From positions 1,888,001 to 1,952,000 of the forward strand of contig OZ220741.1 in assembly GCA_965116885.1 (NCBI GenBank): DNA of 64,000 nt, given 5' to 3'. Shown piece after piece: positions 19,539-29,581 of the stretch. Below the pieces are notes generated by a model. That model did no database searches. It saw nothing but the letters and a program-made list of their open reading frames with translations, and was not told the DNA's origin. This DNA is from Candidatus Latescibacterota bacterium (GTDB taxonomy: Bacteria > Latescibacterota > UBA2968). Within the stretch, counting starts at the first letter, position 1. Each line of letters opens with the position of its first letter. The translations under genes were made by a program, and so were the position numbers.

Positions 19539-20351
19539 CTACATATCCCATCTTGCCAATTCCATCCACCGCGTCATCTCTTTTTGCGCTTCATTAAATC
19601 GTTCGCGGATCTCTGGCGGAAGACATCTGTGGTATCCATTTGGCGGCTCGCGCATCATCACATTATAGTGTGCGTGTGTGTAGTTGAAATACAGATTGGA
19701 TCGCACTGGCTCTGTGGTCTTGGGCAGTCCATTGTGGATGACGGTCTCGGAAAAGAGTAAGACATCGCCTGCCTTGCCCGTTACTGCGACGGCGCCTGGA
19801 AGATCCAATCCCTGATATTCCTGCCAGCTCAGATCAAAATTGCTCTTGTGTGAACCCGGTACAGCCACCACACACCCGTCGTCGAGTCCATTATCTGTTA
19901 GAAAATACACGGTATTGAGCATCCGAGAGCGAATATCGCCGTTTCGATAACTGTAATCCGTTGTTGGTACGCCGCGATGCCATCCCCCCTGTTGCGCGCC
20001 CTTGTATTTAGAAATCGACCAGGTGTTGATGAGTTGAGGTTCGCCCATAAATGCTTTCAGATAAGGCACGACTTTCGGATGTGCGATCATCAGGTCAAAA
20101 ACGGGATCAAGCCGTAAGAGACCATTCAAACGGGTCTGAAATTCTCGACTCTTATCACAGGTCGGCAGTGGTTTTGGTCTGCCAAAAGTGGGTGCAGATG
20201 CCATCCATTCATCTTTGTATGTCCGACTTTCCAAATCAGACAGGACATTCAGAGTGGCTTCACATTCTCTGGGTGTCAATACATTGCGCAGGATCAGAAA
20301 GCCACTCAGATCAAAATGGAACCGGTGTTCGATTGGTATATTATCTGCCAT
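19539..20351 (-). CDS. PhyH family dioxygenase
   Basis: FDLSGFLILRNVL, GWHRG, YFLTD, VPGSHK, GDVLLFSETVIH. Confidence 0.88.
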   Translation of the reverse strand: MADNIPIEHRFHFDLSGFLILRNVLTPRECEATLNVLSDLESRTYKDEWMASAPTFGRPKPLPTCDKSREFQTRLNGLLRLDPVFDLMIAHPKVVPYLKAFMGEPQLINTWSISKYKGAQQGGWHRGVPTTDYSYRNGDIRSRMLNTVYFLTDNGLDDGCVVAVPGSHKSNFDLSWQEYQGLDLPGAVAVTGKAGDVLLFSETVIHNGLPKTTEPVRSNLYFNYTHAHYNVMMREPPNGYHRCLPPEIRERFNEAQKEMTRWMELARWDM

Positions 20352-20365
20352 ATTTGACGCTCCTG

Positions 20366-20578
20366 TTATCGCTCACTTCCCCGTGTTCGAGCAAGACGTT
20401 GCACACGCGCTAATACCTCGCGGTCAACCCCTACCAGGTATTGCCGCCGTGCTTCTGGCGCAAAATCGAAATCAACAGGCTCTGTCTGATCCCAATAGTC
20501 GGCAAGACTATGTGTATCCCAAAACGCTGCCATTTCTTCGTAGCTGTCGAATTTTGGAATTTTTTTATCGTCGTGCAT
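20366..20578 (-). pseudogene. BrnA/CopG-like antitoxin, probably truncated, overlapped by a BrnT-toxin C-terminal remnant
   Basis: KIPKFDSYEEMAAFWDTH; the upstream frame ending at 20565 reads ..IFILSARDMDDKERRQHARR*. Confidence 0.7.
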
Positions 20579-20705
20579 GTTGCCTTCTTTCCTTATCATC
20601 CATGTCACGCGCACTCAAAATGAATATAGTTTTGTGAACCAATGGCTGCAAGACGAATTTCTACAACTACAGGCTTGATATTATGCTTAAAAAGTTAGAT
20701 TTTTA

Positions 20706-21491
20706 TTGCGAGGGGTAAATTCTCGGGATATTTTTGTGCTCATTTCTGTTCCCGATCTGCCTGTTGTCATTGAATTTGTGCGTGCTGCCGATCACCGAAA
20801 CTATCTTCGGACCCTTTTTGTCCAAGAAGACGAAGATGCTCAGTTTTTACCACTTTATGAGGCAAAACTCAGAATGACCAGAAATATTCTTGTGCATTCG
20901 GATAAGGATGTGCCAAAGCGCGTGCTCACGGCCTGGAGTCTTGGATGTCCGGATCAGTTGATTGCCACTGCACAGGTTATTGATGATGAGCTTTTTGTCG
21001 TGGCCTGTGACCATACCCTGTTTAGAGTTGGCTTTGAAGAAATGCCCGCACTCAAGCGTATTCCAGAAGAACAGCGTTCTTCATTTACCATCTCCAGTGA
21101 AGGTAGTTATATTCACTGGCCTGAGGCTGATGTACATATCGACCTGGATGCTGTTCGCTACCTGAAAGATGATGAGTGGCGGGAGAAAAAGGATCGGGAA
21201 AGATTGATGTCTGATATTCGGTTCGGAGAGGCTGTTGCCGCACTACGAAAGAAGAGCGGGCTTAAGCAAGCCGATATTCAGGGCCTTTCGGAACGTCAGG
21301 TGCGTAGAATCGAAAAGGGAGAACGGACAAAGGTGGATACGCTGGGGATTCTGGCAAGAAGTCACGGTTTGTCCCTGAAAGCATATCTGGATAAAATCGC
21401 CGAAATACTTTCTGAAGATGGTGAGGTTATCTCCAGAGTCTCGACCTCGATTCCGCAAGACACCATAGACCTGAGTGGGGAGCAGATATGA
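20706..21491 (+). CDS. DUF2442 + HTH domain protein
   Basis: ISSEGSYIHWPEADVHID (DUF2442-like) followed by LRKKSGLKQADI..SERQVRRIEKG HTH; start uncertain. Confidence 0.7.
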   Translation: MRGVNSRDIFVLISVPDLPVVIEFVRAADHRNYLRTLFVQEDEDAQFLPLYEAKLRMTRNILVHSDKDVPKRVLTAWSLGCPDQLIATAQVIDDELFVVACDHTLFRVGFEEMPALKRIPEEQRSSFTISSEGSYIHWPEADVHIDLDAVRYLKDDEWREKKDRERLMSDIRFGEAVAALRKKSGLKQADIQGLSERQVRRIEKGERTKVDTLGILARSHGLSLKAYLDKIAEILSEDGEVISRVSTSIPQDTIDLSGEQI

Positions 21492-21700
21492 TCAAAAATG
21501 AGAGACAATATCGGATCACTAAGGCCCAGATGAGAAAGTTTGAGGGCGCTTTGGCGGAGTTGGCTCAAACTAAAGATAAAAATATTCACCCTCTACTTCA
21601 GAAAGCTCATCAGGATGCATTGAGAAGTCAATGTGAGGAACTCCGTATGCAGTTGGAGGAATACGACGCGCTTGTAGAAGGTAAGCGCGATGTTCTCTGA
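21488..21700 (+). pseudogene. Truncated XRE-type antitoxin N-terminus
   Basis: MIKNERQYRITKAQ..DALRSQ..L..Y; the HTH half that normally follows is missing. Confidence 0.6.
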
Positions 21701-21731
21701 CGTCTTTCACTTACTGATCTTCCTCGTGCTC

Positions 21732-22367
21732 TCATTTGGCTCTCGATGATGCAGCATTTTCTTTCAACAGGTTGATTTGCAAGGACAGGGCTTCTTCGAG
21801 ATTTTTTGCGTTTATCCGCTGTAGAATCTCCTGTTCGTATGCGGGCATGAGGGGCGTTTGAATACCGTTTGCTTTTGCATTGATCAGGTAGCTAATGCCA
21901 TCTCGCCCCTGGTCTTTCTTTTTTAAGCTGACGCTTTGAATAGCCAGATTTGCCAGGTGTGCTGGTGTCAAGGGTTGGATATTAGAGGCAACTCGGGTGT
22001 AATAAACCACATTGATGCCCTTGAAATGTTCCAGCGGTTCCGCATACACTTTGTTATCACCGGGGTTTGCATGGGGTTGGTAGATTTTTCGAGTGTGAAA
22101 AAAGTTCGTTTCCCGGCGCCAGAGCATATTTTTAGCTTCAGTTTCAGATATGCCGTCTCTTAATATGAGGATAACGCCTTTAACAGAAGCACCACCCTCA
22201 GCGACCGGAACTAAAGTGGGTGCATAATTGCGGCTTCGGCTCTTCCGGGCGAATTCAACCATGAATGGTGTATTGACATCTTTGATTTTTGCAGCCGTGT
22301 TCGGTCCAAGTTCTGGACCCGGATTGTCTATTAGAGAGCCGTAGGCGAGAATACCGATTCGTTTCAT
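21732..22367 (-). CDS. Gamma-glutamylcyclotransferase/ChaC-like hypothetical protein
   Basis: ILAYGSLI N-terminal motif, PTLV, LWRRE, GISYL. Confidence 0.6.
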   Translation of the reverse strand: MKRIGILAYGSLIDNPGPELGPNTAAKIKDVNTPFMVEFARKSRSRNYAPTLVPVAEGGASVKGVILILRDGISETEAKNMLWRRETNFFHTRKIYQPHANPGDNKVYAEPLEHFKGINVVYYTRVASNIQPLTPAHLANLAIQSVSLKKKDQGRDGISYLINAKANGIQTPLMPAYEQEILQRINAKNLEEALSLQINLLKENAASSRAK

Positions 22368-22437
22368 GTTCAGATCCCAATCTGTCTGTTGTCACTGAAT
22401 TTGTGTGTGCTGCCAATCACCGAAACCATCTCCGAAT

Positions 22438-23007
22438 ATGAAAACAGACCGATTTCCATCGAAAGTCCCATCCTTCCCAATCGGATCTTATAACCTGCGC
22501 GGGATAAAACCCGAGGACGCACGCTCTCTCTACCATTTTATGTCGGATAAAGAGGTAACCCAATTTACGAGCTTACATGCAGAAACGCTTGAAGAGGTCC
22601 ACTCATGGATTGAACTTATGATGGAACAGTTTGAAAAGAAACAATCGATTTATTGGGTTATAACAGAGGATAATCGTGCCATTGGTCGATGTCACTATAT
22701 TTATCTCGACGCTACACATTCAAGAGCCGAAATTGGATACTACCTCGCAAAAGAGTACTGGGGCTGCGGAATTATGACGAAAGCTGTCACTGCAATTGTA
22801 GAATACGGTTTTGAACACCTCAAATTGAATCGAATCGAAGCAAGGTCGATTTCCAGGAATTATGGTTCCACGCGTGTCCTGGAAAAAGTCGGTTTTTCAA
22901 AAGAAGGTACCCTGAGGCAGCATACTTTCAGAGCCGGTGAGTTTTTCGATGTTGAGGTGTTTTCGTTTTTAAATACAGATTGGCAACAATCGAGAAACTC
23001 TTTATAG
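22438..23007 (+). CDS. GNAT (RimJ/RimL) N-acetyltransferase
   Basis: AEIGYYLAKEYWGCGIM, NYGSTRVLEKVGFSKEG. Confidence 0.9.
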   Translation: MKTDRFPSKVPSFPIGSYNLRGIKPEDARSLYHFMSDKEVTQFTSLHAETLEEVHSWIELMMEQFEKKQSIYWVITEDNRAIGRCHYIYLDATHSRAEIGYYLAKEYWGCGIMTKAVTAIVEYGFEHLKLNRIEARSISRNYGSTRVLEKVGFSKEGTLRQHTFRAGEFFDVEVFSFLNTDWQQSRNSL

Positions 23008-23083
23008 CACAGGACTGAGACTGAAACTGAGGATCGACACTTCTGGATGGTTTGAGAAACCTCTGCTCAATATGGGACCAAAG

Positions 23084-23124
23084 AAAAATGGGTTGCGCAT
23101 CAATTTGCGTAACCCATTGTTTTT
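23084..23124. terminator. Intrinsic terminator between the GNAT gene and the tRNA (probably bidirectional)
   Basis: AATGGGTTGCGCA-loop-TGCGTAACCCATT flanked by A and T runs. Confidence 0.7.
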
Positions 23125-23126
23125 AA

Positions 23127-23203
23127 TGGTGGGCGATACTGGACTTGAACCAGTGACCTCTTGCATGTCAAGCAAGCACTCTAACCACCTGAGCTAATCG
23201 CCC
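23127..23203 (-). tRNA. tRNA-Val(GAC)
   Basis: GGGCGAT acceptor stem, anticodon arm CTTGC-TTGACAT-GCAAG, GGTTCAAGTCC T arm, encoded CCA. Confidence 0.97.
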
Positions 23204-23398
23204 ACTAATTTGAAAGAACACACGGCCTGATATGAGCAAAAGCTATATGGATACAAAAATGTTGTCAAGCGAATTTTCTGACGGACGGTCGATTTTTTGG
23301 TGTGAAAAAGTGGGTAGAAATGCATATCATAGTATTGGAAGGCCAGTAAATTGCCGATAACTTTGAATTGGTTTTGCTGGTTGGCAAAGGAGATAAAA

Positions 23399-24307
23399 AT
23401 GCAATATCGCAATCTTGGGCGCACTGGCATTAAAGTATCTGTTGTCGGTCTGGGAGGACACGAGTTCCATCCTGATTCGCGTGTCGCTGGTTTTGGGGAT
23501 AACAAGGACCTGGCAGTAACTCCTGGTCACATTTTTCCGGGCTTTGGCGGGGAGAACAGACTGCGGATTGTAGAGACAGCTCTGGAAGCTGGGGTCAACC
23601 TCTTTGATCTGACAATCGATTCTGAGAAAGAGGCTATGGGCAGAATTCTGAGAGCGGTGGATGTCAAAGATGAGATCCTCATACAAACCCGGCCAGAGGG
23701 CATGGTCTATACCTATGACCCGCATAACCGGAAGATGGCGGATTACAGCCTCTTGAGAGCTGAAGCGATCCGAGCTTTGAAGCTCATACAGCGGGAGGTG
23801 ATAGACATCTACAATTTTGCCTTCATGGCAGATGCCCTGGAACACGATCCGGACTACCTCGATAAAATTGCGGACAACATCCAGAAGCTCAAGGATGAGG
23901 GGCTGATCCGGTTTGCCTCGGCAGATACATTTTCAGGTCCAGAGACTTATGCCAAACAGTATGACAAGGGCTGCTTTGATACAACTTTCATAAACTGCAA
24001 TCCCCTCGAAAAGACCAAATTTGGTGATACCATTGTGAAAGCGGAAAAGCAAGCGTTAGGCATCCTGGGGCGCGTGCTCTTTCAGAAAGCAAAGGTGTTT
24101 GCGATTGCAGAGAAAAAAGGCTACGCCAACAGAGCGCAAGTTGCTAAGGCTCTGATCAAGTGGGCAGTCAAGGATAGCGGGGTTCACACCATCATGTTGG
24201 GTGTCTCCTTTCCAGAGCAGTTGACAGAGAACCTGACTGCCCTGAAAGATCTAAATTATGATGAAGATGAGAGCAGGATTATAGAGGCGCTGAGCGAGGA
24301 ATCCTGA
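23399..24307 (+). CDS. Aldo/keto reductase
   Basis: MQYRNLGRTGIKVSVVGLGG, GVNLFD, LKDEGLIRF; AAGGAG RBS. Confidence 0.88.
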   Translation: MQYRNLGRTGIKVSVVGLGGHEFHPDSRVAGFGDNKDLAVTPGHIFPGFGGENRLRIVETALEAGVNLFDLTIDSEKEAMGRILRAVDVKDEILIQTRPEGMVYTYDPHNRKMADYSLLRAEAIRALKLIQREVIDIYNFAFMADALEHDPDYLDKIADNIQKLKDEGLIRFASADTFSGPETYAKQYDKGCFDTTFINCNPLEKTKFGDTIVKAEKQALGILGRVLFQKAKVFAIAEKKGYANRAQVAKALIKWAVKDSGVHTIMLGVSFPEQLTENLTALKDLNYDEDESRIIEALSEES

Positions 24308-24463
24308 TATGCAAATTTCACACGGTGCTCTTGACGGTCATTGCCACCGCGCCCTTATCTCAACAGAAGGAATTGTGTTATGAAACCATCTATGTTTCTC
24401 ACTATCGTTTTGGCCGAGTGAGCGTGTCAGTTCGAGCATTCGGGTTTTTTACTGGAGGTGTGT

Positions 24464-25927
24464 ATGTCAAAACCCAATCTTGTTTTTATCTATTCGGATC
24501 AGCATCGCGGCGATGCGGTGGGGTGCGCGGGGCATCCGGTGATCAAAACACCACATTTGGATCGTCTGGGGTCGGAAGGGGTGGTGTTTAGTCAGTGTTA
24601 TACCAATGGGCCGATTTGTATGCCTGCGCGAGCGACGATGATGACGGGGCAGTATGTGCGGGAACACGGTGTCTGGCAGAATATTGTTGCGGCCGATCAG
24701 CGCGGTCCCAGTCATGTGCGAAATGTGCGCGATGCGGGCTATCATACTGCCCTGGTGGGCAAGACCCACTTATATACGCACACGGGCGGAACAAAAAGTC
24801 AGGAAAAGACGGCAATATTGGAAGATTGGGGGTTTGTCGATATTCAGGAGATGCACGGTCCACACGCATCCGGGGTGAATAGATCGCAGTATTCGGATTA
24901 TCTCGAAGAATTGGGTTTGTGGGAGACGCATCGAGACTATGTGGTCAGGTCAAAGACGCGCTTGGAAGAGGGCAAGGCACGGGCGTGGGAAGATCCGCCC
25001 TGTCCATTGCCTTCTGAATGTCATCTGGACAGTTATACCGGACGTACGGCCGCAGAATGGGTGCGCGATTACGATGGCGACAAGCCGTTCTATCTGCAGG
25101 TGTTGTTTCCCGGTCCGCACAATCCTTTTGATTCGCCGCAGGAGTATCGGGATATGTACAGTGTGGATGATATTCCTTTGGGTATTATGGATCTGCCCAA
25201 GGAACCGTATCCCAAATATATCGTGCGGTCGCTCTTTCGCGCTGGCGATGCCAAAACGATGACCGAAGAAGAGAAGAAACAACTGGTTATCAATTATTAT
25301 GCAAAGATTACATTGATTGACAATGCGATTGGGGGTATTATCGAGGCTCTTGAGGCAAAGGGCATTTTGGATAATACCTGGATTATTTACAGTTCAGATC
25401 ACGGTGAGATGGCTGGGGATCATCGGTTGAGCCACAAAGGCGTGTTTTACGATATGGCTGTACGGGTGCCTCTGGTTGTGCGTCCTCCGGGGGGACAGGC
25501 GGGGTGGACCTCTGAAGGATTGACGGATTGTTTGAATATCACGGCTACGATTTTAGATGTTGCAGGGGCAGAATCTCTGGAAGACAGCGATGGGGTTTCG
25601 TTTGTATCTCAGGTGTTGGCAGGTCCGGATGCCGATGGCGCGCAAAAGGGCAAAGACGCTGTGTTTAGTGAGGTAGATGGGTTTACGATGGTTTTCGATG
25701 GGCGATACAAGCTGGTGGTCGAGTCCACGTCTGAGAAGCCGGTTGAGATGTACGATTGTCAAAATGATCCCTGCGAACTGAATAATGTGTTTGAGGATCC
25801 CGTTCTGGAATCTGTGAGGCGAGATTTGATCGAGACGCACTTGAGTGGGATTAGAGACCGATTGGACCGGGAGAAGCTCGAGTTTTATCGGGCGATCCCG
25901 GCAAAGACGTATTCTCCACCGAGATAG
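24464..25927 (+). CDS. Sulfatase
   Basis: PNLVFIYSDQHR, CMPAR, GKTHL, SDHGEM, MYDCQNDPCELNN. Confidence 0.93.
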   Translation: MSKPNLVFIYSDQHRGDAVGCAGHPVIKTPHLDRLGSEGVVFSQCYTNGPICMPARATMMTGQYVREHGVWQNIVAADQRGPSHVRNVRDAGYHTALVGKTHLYTHTGGTKSQEKTAILEDWGFVDIQEMHGPHASGVNRSQYSDYLEELGLWETHRDYVVRSKTRLEEGKARAWEDPPCPLPSECHLDSYTGRTAAEWVRDYDGDKPFYLQVLFPGPHNPFDSPQEYRDMYSVDDIPLGIMDLPKEPYPKYIVRSLFRAGDAKTMTEEEKKQLVINYYAKITLIDNAIGGIIEALEAKGILDNTWIIYSSDHGEMAGDHRLSHKGVFYDMAVRVPLVVRPPGGQAGWTSEGLTDCLNITATILDVAGAESLEDSDGVSFVSQVLAGPDADGAQKGKDAVFSEVDGFTMVFDGRYKLVVESTSEKPVEMYDCQNDPCELNNVFEDPVLESVRRDLIETHLSGIRDRLDREKLEFYRAIPAKTYSPPR

Positions 25928-25998
25928 AAAATTTCTTGTTTCTGCAGATAACTGTCCATAAATTGCACGGCGTTGATCTCACTCCCTCAGAGGATATT

Positions 25999-26787
25999 AT
26001 GGACGCGATTCAAGTTGCCGATAGTATTACAAAGCTCGGCTCGCAGGTGCGGGGAACGGTTCTTGTTGCCGCTTCTCACGGGGGACGATTTTGCGGGTAT
26101 CTCGCAGCGTTGGCTGGTCTTCGAGGTGTTATTTTTAACGATGCGGGCGTTGGGAAAGATAATGCGGGGATTGGGTCGCTCGATTATTTGCAAGGTCTCG
26201 GACTCGCTGCTGCCGCGATTGCACATTCGTCTGCGCGCATTGGAGATGGGGCAGATATGCTCGAGCGCGGGCGTATCAGTTTTTGCAATGAGATAGCCGG
26301 TGCGCTCGGCTGTCAAGAGGGGCAGGCTTGCCAAGAGGCGGCTGAGGTTTTGTGTAATGGCATACCATTTGAAGGGGATATACCGGGCTATGAGGAATCG
26401 CGCTCTGTGTTGCACGAGGTGCCTGTTCTCACTCTTGCGTGTGACTCTGCATCGCTTGTTACGCCTGAGGATGCAGGTGCGTTTATTATTACGGGATCGC
26501 ACGGTGGGGTGATTGCGGGCAGGCCCGATTATGGGATTGCAGCAGAGGCGCGGGGCGCGGTGTTTAACGATGCGGGGGTCGGTGTTGATCGGGCGGGTGT
26601 TCGGCGTCTTGAGATTCTGGATCGCGCCGGTATTCCCGCGGGGACAGTGGATGCGATGACCGCTTGTATTGGCGATGCGGTTTCTGCATGGGAGAGCGGT
26701 GTGCTGTCGTATGTCAATTTACAGGCGGAGAGATGCGGTGTTAAAGCGGGGATGACGGTTCCGGAGTTTGGGGAGAGACTCGTATAA
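25999..26787 (+). CDS. Hypothetical protein with an internal domain duplication
   Basis: Two copies of DS..SHGG..FNDAGVG.D.AG..IGD..G..S..N. Confidence 0.75.
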   Translation: MDAIQVADSITKLGSQVRGTVLVAASHGGRFCGYLAALAGLRGVIFNDAGVGKDNAGIGSLDYLQGLGLAAAAIAHSSARIGDGADMLERGRISFCNEIAGALGCQEGQACQEAAEVLCNGIPFEGDIPGYEESRSVLHEVPVLTLACDSASLVTPEDAGAFIITGSHGGVIAGRPDYGIAAEARGAVFNDAGVGVDRAGVRRLEILDRAGIPAGTVDAMTACIGDAVSAWESGVLSYVNLQAERCGVKAGMTVPEFGERLV

Positions 26788-26803
26788 AACCCCGCCATCC
26801 AAC

Positions 26804-26830
26804 GGGCGGGCACGGGGGCACCGCCCCTAC
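26804..26830 (-). repeat. GTAG-type REP palindrome
   Basis: Reverse complement GTAGGGGCGGTGCCCCCGTGCCCGCCC, related to the 8516 and 31644 copies. Confidence 0.75.
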
Positions 26831-26856
26831 ATTATGTATTTGGATATGGAGTTTTT

Positions 26857-28587
26857 ATGTCTTCAGTTGTACACATGAATGGCGGGCAGGCGCTTGCTGA
26901 GATGTTTCGCCTTCACAATCCTGCGCCTATGTTCGGTATGGGGGGGTTTCAGCTTCTGCCTTTTTACGATGCCGTGCGCGAGTTGGGGCTTTCGCATACG
27001 TTGATCAATGATGAGCGCTGTGGTATTTTTGCCGCGGATGCCTGGGCGCGCGTGACTGGTCGTCCCGGTATATGCGATGGGACGCTGGGTCCCGGAGCGA
27101 CGAATCTGGTTACGGGATTGGTGGAGTCTCTCAATGCGGGTGTTCCGCTTATTGTTGTTGTGGGCAATAGCAATCGCGAGCATTCGTGGAAGAATATGAC
27201 GCAGGAGGCGCGTCAGACGGAGATTTTGGCGCCAGCAGCTAAAGCGCTTATTCGGATTGAGAGCGGCAATCGCATTCCCGAGCTTGTGCGACGCGCGTAC
27301 GCTGTTGCCACGTCTGGGCGACCAGGACCTGTTGTGCTGGATGTGCCCGAGGATGTTGCCCATGGGGAGTATGACTATTCCAAATCGGATTTTTTTGTGG
27401 ATCCAGAGACGCTGCGTATTCCCGCACAGCGTTCGCGCCCGGGGCGAGATGCGGTTGCGCGTGCAGCAGAGCATTTGCGCGATGCCCGGCGTCCGATTAT
27501 TCTGGCTGGCGGTGGTGTCCATCTTTCTGGGGCGTATTGCGAATTGCAGAGTTTTGCGGAGGCGTTTGGTATTCCGGTCGCGCAAACGCTGAGTGGCAAG
27601 GGTGCGATTCCCTGTGTCCATCCGCTCAGCGTGGGGTTGTTCGGGCGCTGGTCGCGGATTGCCAATGATTTGATTGCGTCTGCAGATTGTATTCTGTCTG
27701 TTGGTTGCAAGATGGGCGAGATTGCGACGAAACGCTATGATTTGATTCCGCGCGATGTGCCTTTTATTCATCTCGATATTGTGGCTGAGGAAATTGGGCG
27801 TACGACGCCTGCTACAGTTTCACTCTGGGGCGATGCGGCTGAGGGTTTGCGCGATCTTCAGGCGTGTTTGTCCTCTGACCGGGTGGCGATACAGGAGATG
27901 CGTGCGGGCTATTTGACCGAAATCTCAGAGCGGATGGTTGCCTGGCGCGCCGAGGCAGAGCCGCGTTATGCGTCTGACGAGAGCCCCGTCAATATGGCGC
28001 GGGTGGTGCGCGAGTTGCAAAACGCGATGCCCGAAGACGGTATTCTGGTTGTGGATGGTGGTTTTGCCGCGCATTGGACGGGTTTGCTCTACGATTCTAC
28101 TCGGTCTGGGCGCACGTATATTGCCAACCGCGGATTTGCGTCTATTGGTTATGGGTTGCCGGGTACGATGGGCGCGCAACTCGCGGCGGGGGATTCTCCC
28201 GTTGTTGGTCTGACGGGAGATGCGGGGTTTAATATGGTGCTTGGCGAACTGGAGACAGCCCGGCGTCTTGGGCTTGGGTTTACGCTGGCAATTGTGAATA
28301 ATGCGGCTTCGGGTTATGTCAAAGCGCTTCAGCACAATATGTATGCGGGGCGCTATCAGTCGAGTGATTTGAGCGAGACGGATTATGCGGAGACAGCCCG
28401 CGCGCTCGGCTGTCAGGGTATTCGCGTGGATGATCCCGGGGCATTGCAAGACGCTTTTGCCAAGGGTATTGCCAGTCGCGATATCCCTACGATTATCGAT
28501 GTTATTGTTACGAGAGATCCATCAAAAATGTTGCCGGGCGTTGATAGCCGAACAGCGCCGGTTAAAAAGGGTGATAGGCCAGCATAG
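26857..28587 (+). CDS. TPP-binding enzyme (acetolactate synthase-like family)
   Basis: GPGATN, SGRPGPVVLDVPED, GDAGF..N TPP motif. Confidence 0.9.
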   Translation: MSSVVHMNGGQALAEMFRLHNPAPMFGMGGFQLLPFYDAVRELGLSHTLINDERCGIFAADAWARVTGRPGICDGTLGPGATNLVTGLVESLNAGVPLIVVVGNSNREHSWKNMTQEARQTEILAPAAKALIRIESGNRIPELVRRAYAVATSGRPGPVVLDVPEDVAHGEYDYSKSDFFVDPETLRIPAQRSRPGRDAVARAAEHLRDARRPIILAGGGVHLSGAYCELQSFAEAFGIPVAQTLSGKGAIPCVHPLSVGLFGRWSRIANDLIASADCILSVGCKMGEIATKRYDLIPRDVPFIHLDIVAEEIGRTTPATVSLWGDAAEGLRDLQACLSSDRVAIQEMRAGYLTEISERMVAWRAEAEPRYASDESPVNMARVVRELQNAMPEDGILVVDGGFAAHWTGLLYDSTRSGRTYIANRGFASIGYGLPGTMGAQLAAGDSPVVGLTGDAGFNMVLGELETARRLGLGFTLAIVNNAASGYVKALQHNMYAGRYQSSDLSETDYAETARALGCQGIRVDDPGALQDAFAKGIASRDIPTIIDVIVTRDPSKMLPGVDSRTAPVKKGDRPA

Positions 28588-28600
28588 TGGAGATTATCTT

Positions 28601-29566
28601 ATGGCTCTTACACAAGAGAAACAACTCGAGATGCTGCGGATTATGCAGACGATCCGGCGCTTTGAAGAGCGCGCGTCTGATGATTATCGCGCAGGTGATA
28701 TTTACGGCGTGGTCCATTGCTATATCGGTGAGGAGGCTGTCGCTACAGGTGTCTGTGCCGCGCTCAATCCGGATGATCAGATTATCAGTACGCATCGGGG
28801 GCACGGGCATTGTATTGCCAAGGGTGCGGATTTGAAGCGTATGATGGCTGAGCTTTATGGGCGGGAGACCGGGTATTGCAAGGGCAAAGGGGGGTCAATG
28901 CATATTGCCGATTTTAGCATTGGGATGCTGGGTGCAAATGGCATTGTCGCAGGTGGCATACCGATTGTTACGGGTGCTGGTCTGGCGGCGCAGCTCGAGG
29001 GCAAGGGTCGCGTTGCGGTTTCGTTTTTTGGCGATGGGGCATCCAATGCAGGTCCGTTTCACGAGTCGATCAATATCGCTGCGGCGTGGAAGTTGCCCAT
29101 GATCTATGTTTGCGAGAACAATCTCTATGCGGCGAGCACTCCGGCGGCGAGTACGCTGGCGCATAGAGATGTTGCCGCGCGTGCCGCGGGGTACGATCTC
29201 CCGGGGGTGGTTGTGGATGGGAATGATGTGATGGCGGTTTATGGTGCGACGCAGGAGGCTGTTGCGCGCGCGCGCAAGGGCGAGGGTCCTTCGCTGATTG
29301 AGTGTAAGACCTATCGCTGGCGAGGGCATACGGAGAGGGTTGGCGGGGCTGATCCAAGGCCGCAGGGCGAGATCCGCGCATGGCAGGAGAGAGATCCGAT
29401 TGAGCGGTTTGTCGCGGGTCTGATGGATCAGGGCTGTATTACCCAGGAGGCGTGGCAAGAGATGGATGAAGAAATTCTCGCGGAGATTGAAGAGGCGGTT
29501 CAATTTTCCAAAGAGAGTCCATTTCCAGATTTAGAAGCTGCAGTCGAAGATGTTTTTGCCGAGTGA
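28601..29566 (+). CDS. TPP-dependent 2-oxoacid/acetoin dehydrogenase E1 alpha
   Basis: HRGHGH, KGKGGSMH, GDGASN..ENN, TYRWRGH. Confidence 0.93.
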   Translation: MALTQEKQLEMLRIMQTIRRFEERASDDYRAGDIYGVVHCYIGEEAVATGVCAALNPDDQIISTHRGHGHCIAKGADLKRMMAELYGRETGYCKGKGGSMHIADFSIGMLGANGIVAGGIPIVTGAGLAAQLEGKGRVAVSFFGDGASNAGPFHESINIAAAWKLPMIYVCENNLYAASTPAASTLAHRDVAARAAGYDLPGVVVDGNDVMAVYGATQEAVARARKGEGPSLIECKTYRWRGHTERVGGADPRPQGEIRAWQERDPIERFVAGLMDQGCITQEAWQEMDEEILAEIEEAVQFSKESPFPDLEAAVEDVFAE

Positions 29567-29581
29567 GTCGAGGATAATACG

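Noticed and set aside
20300..23203. Intact prophage or ICE at tRNA-Val
   Set aside because: No integrase, phage genes or duplicated tRNA 3' end seen in the window.
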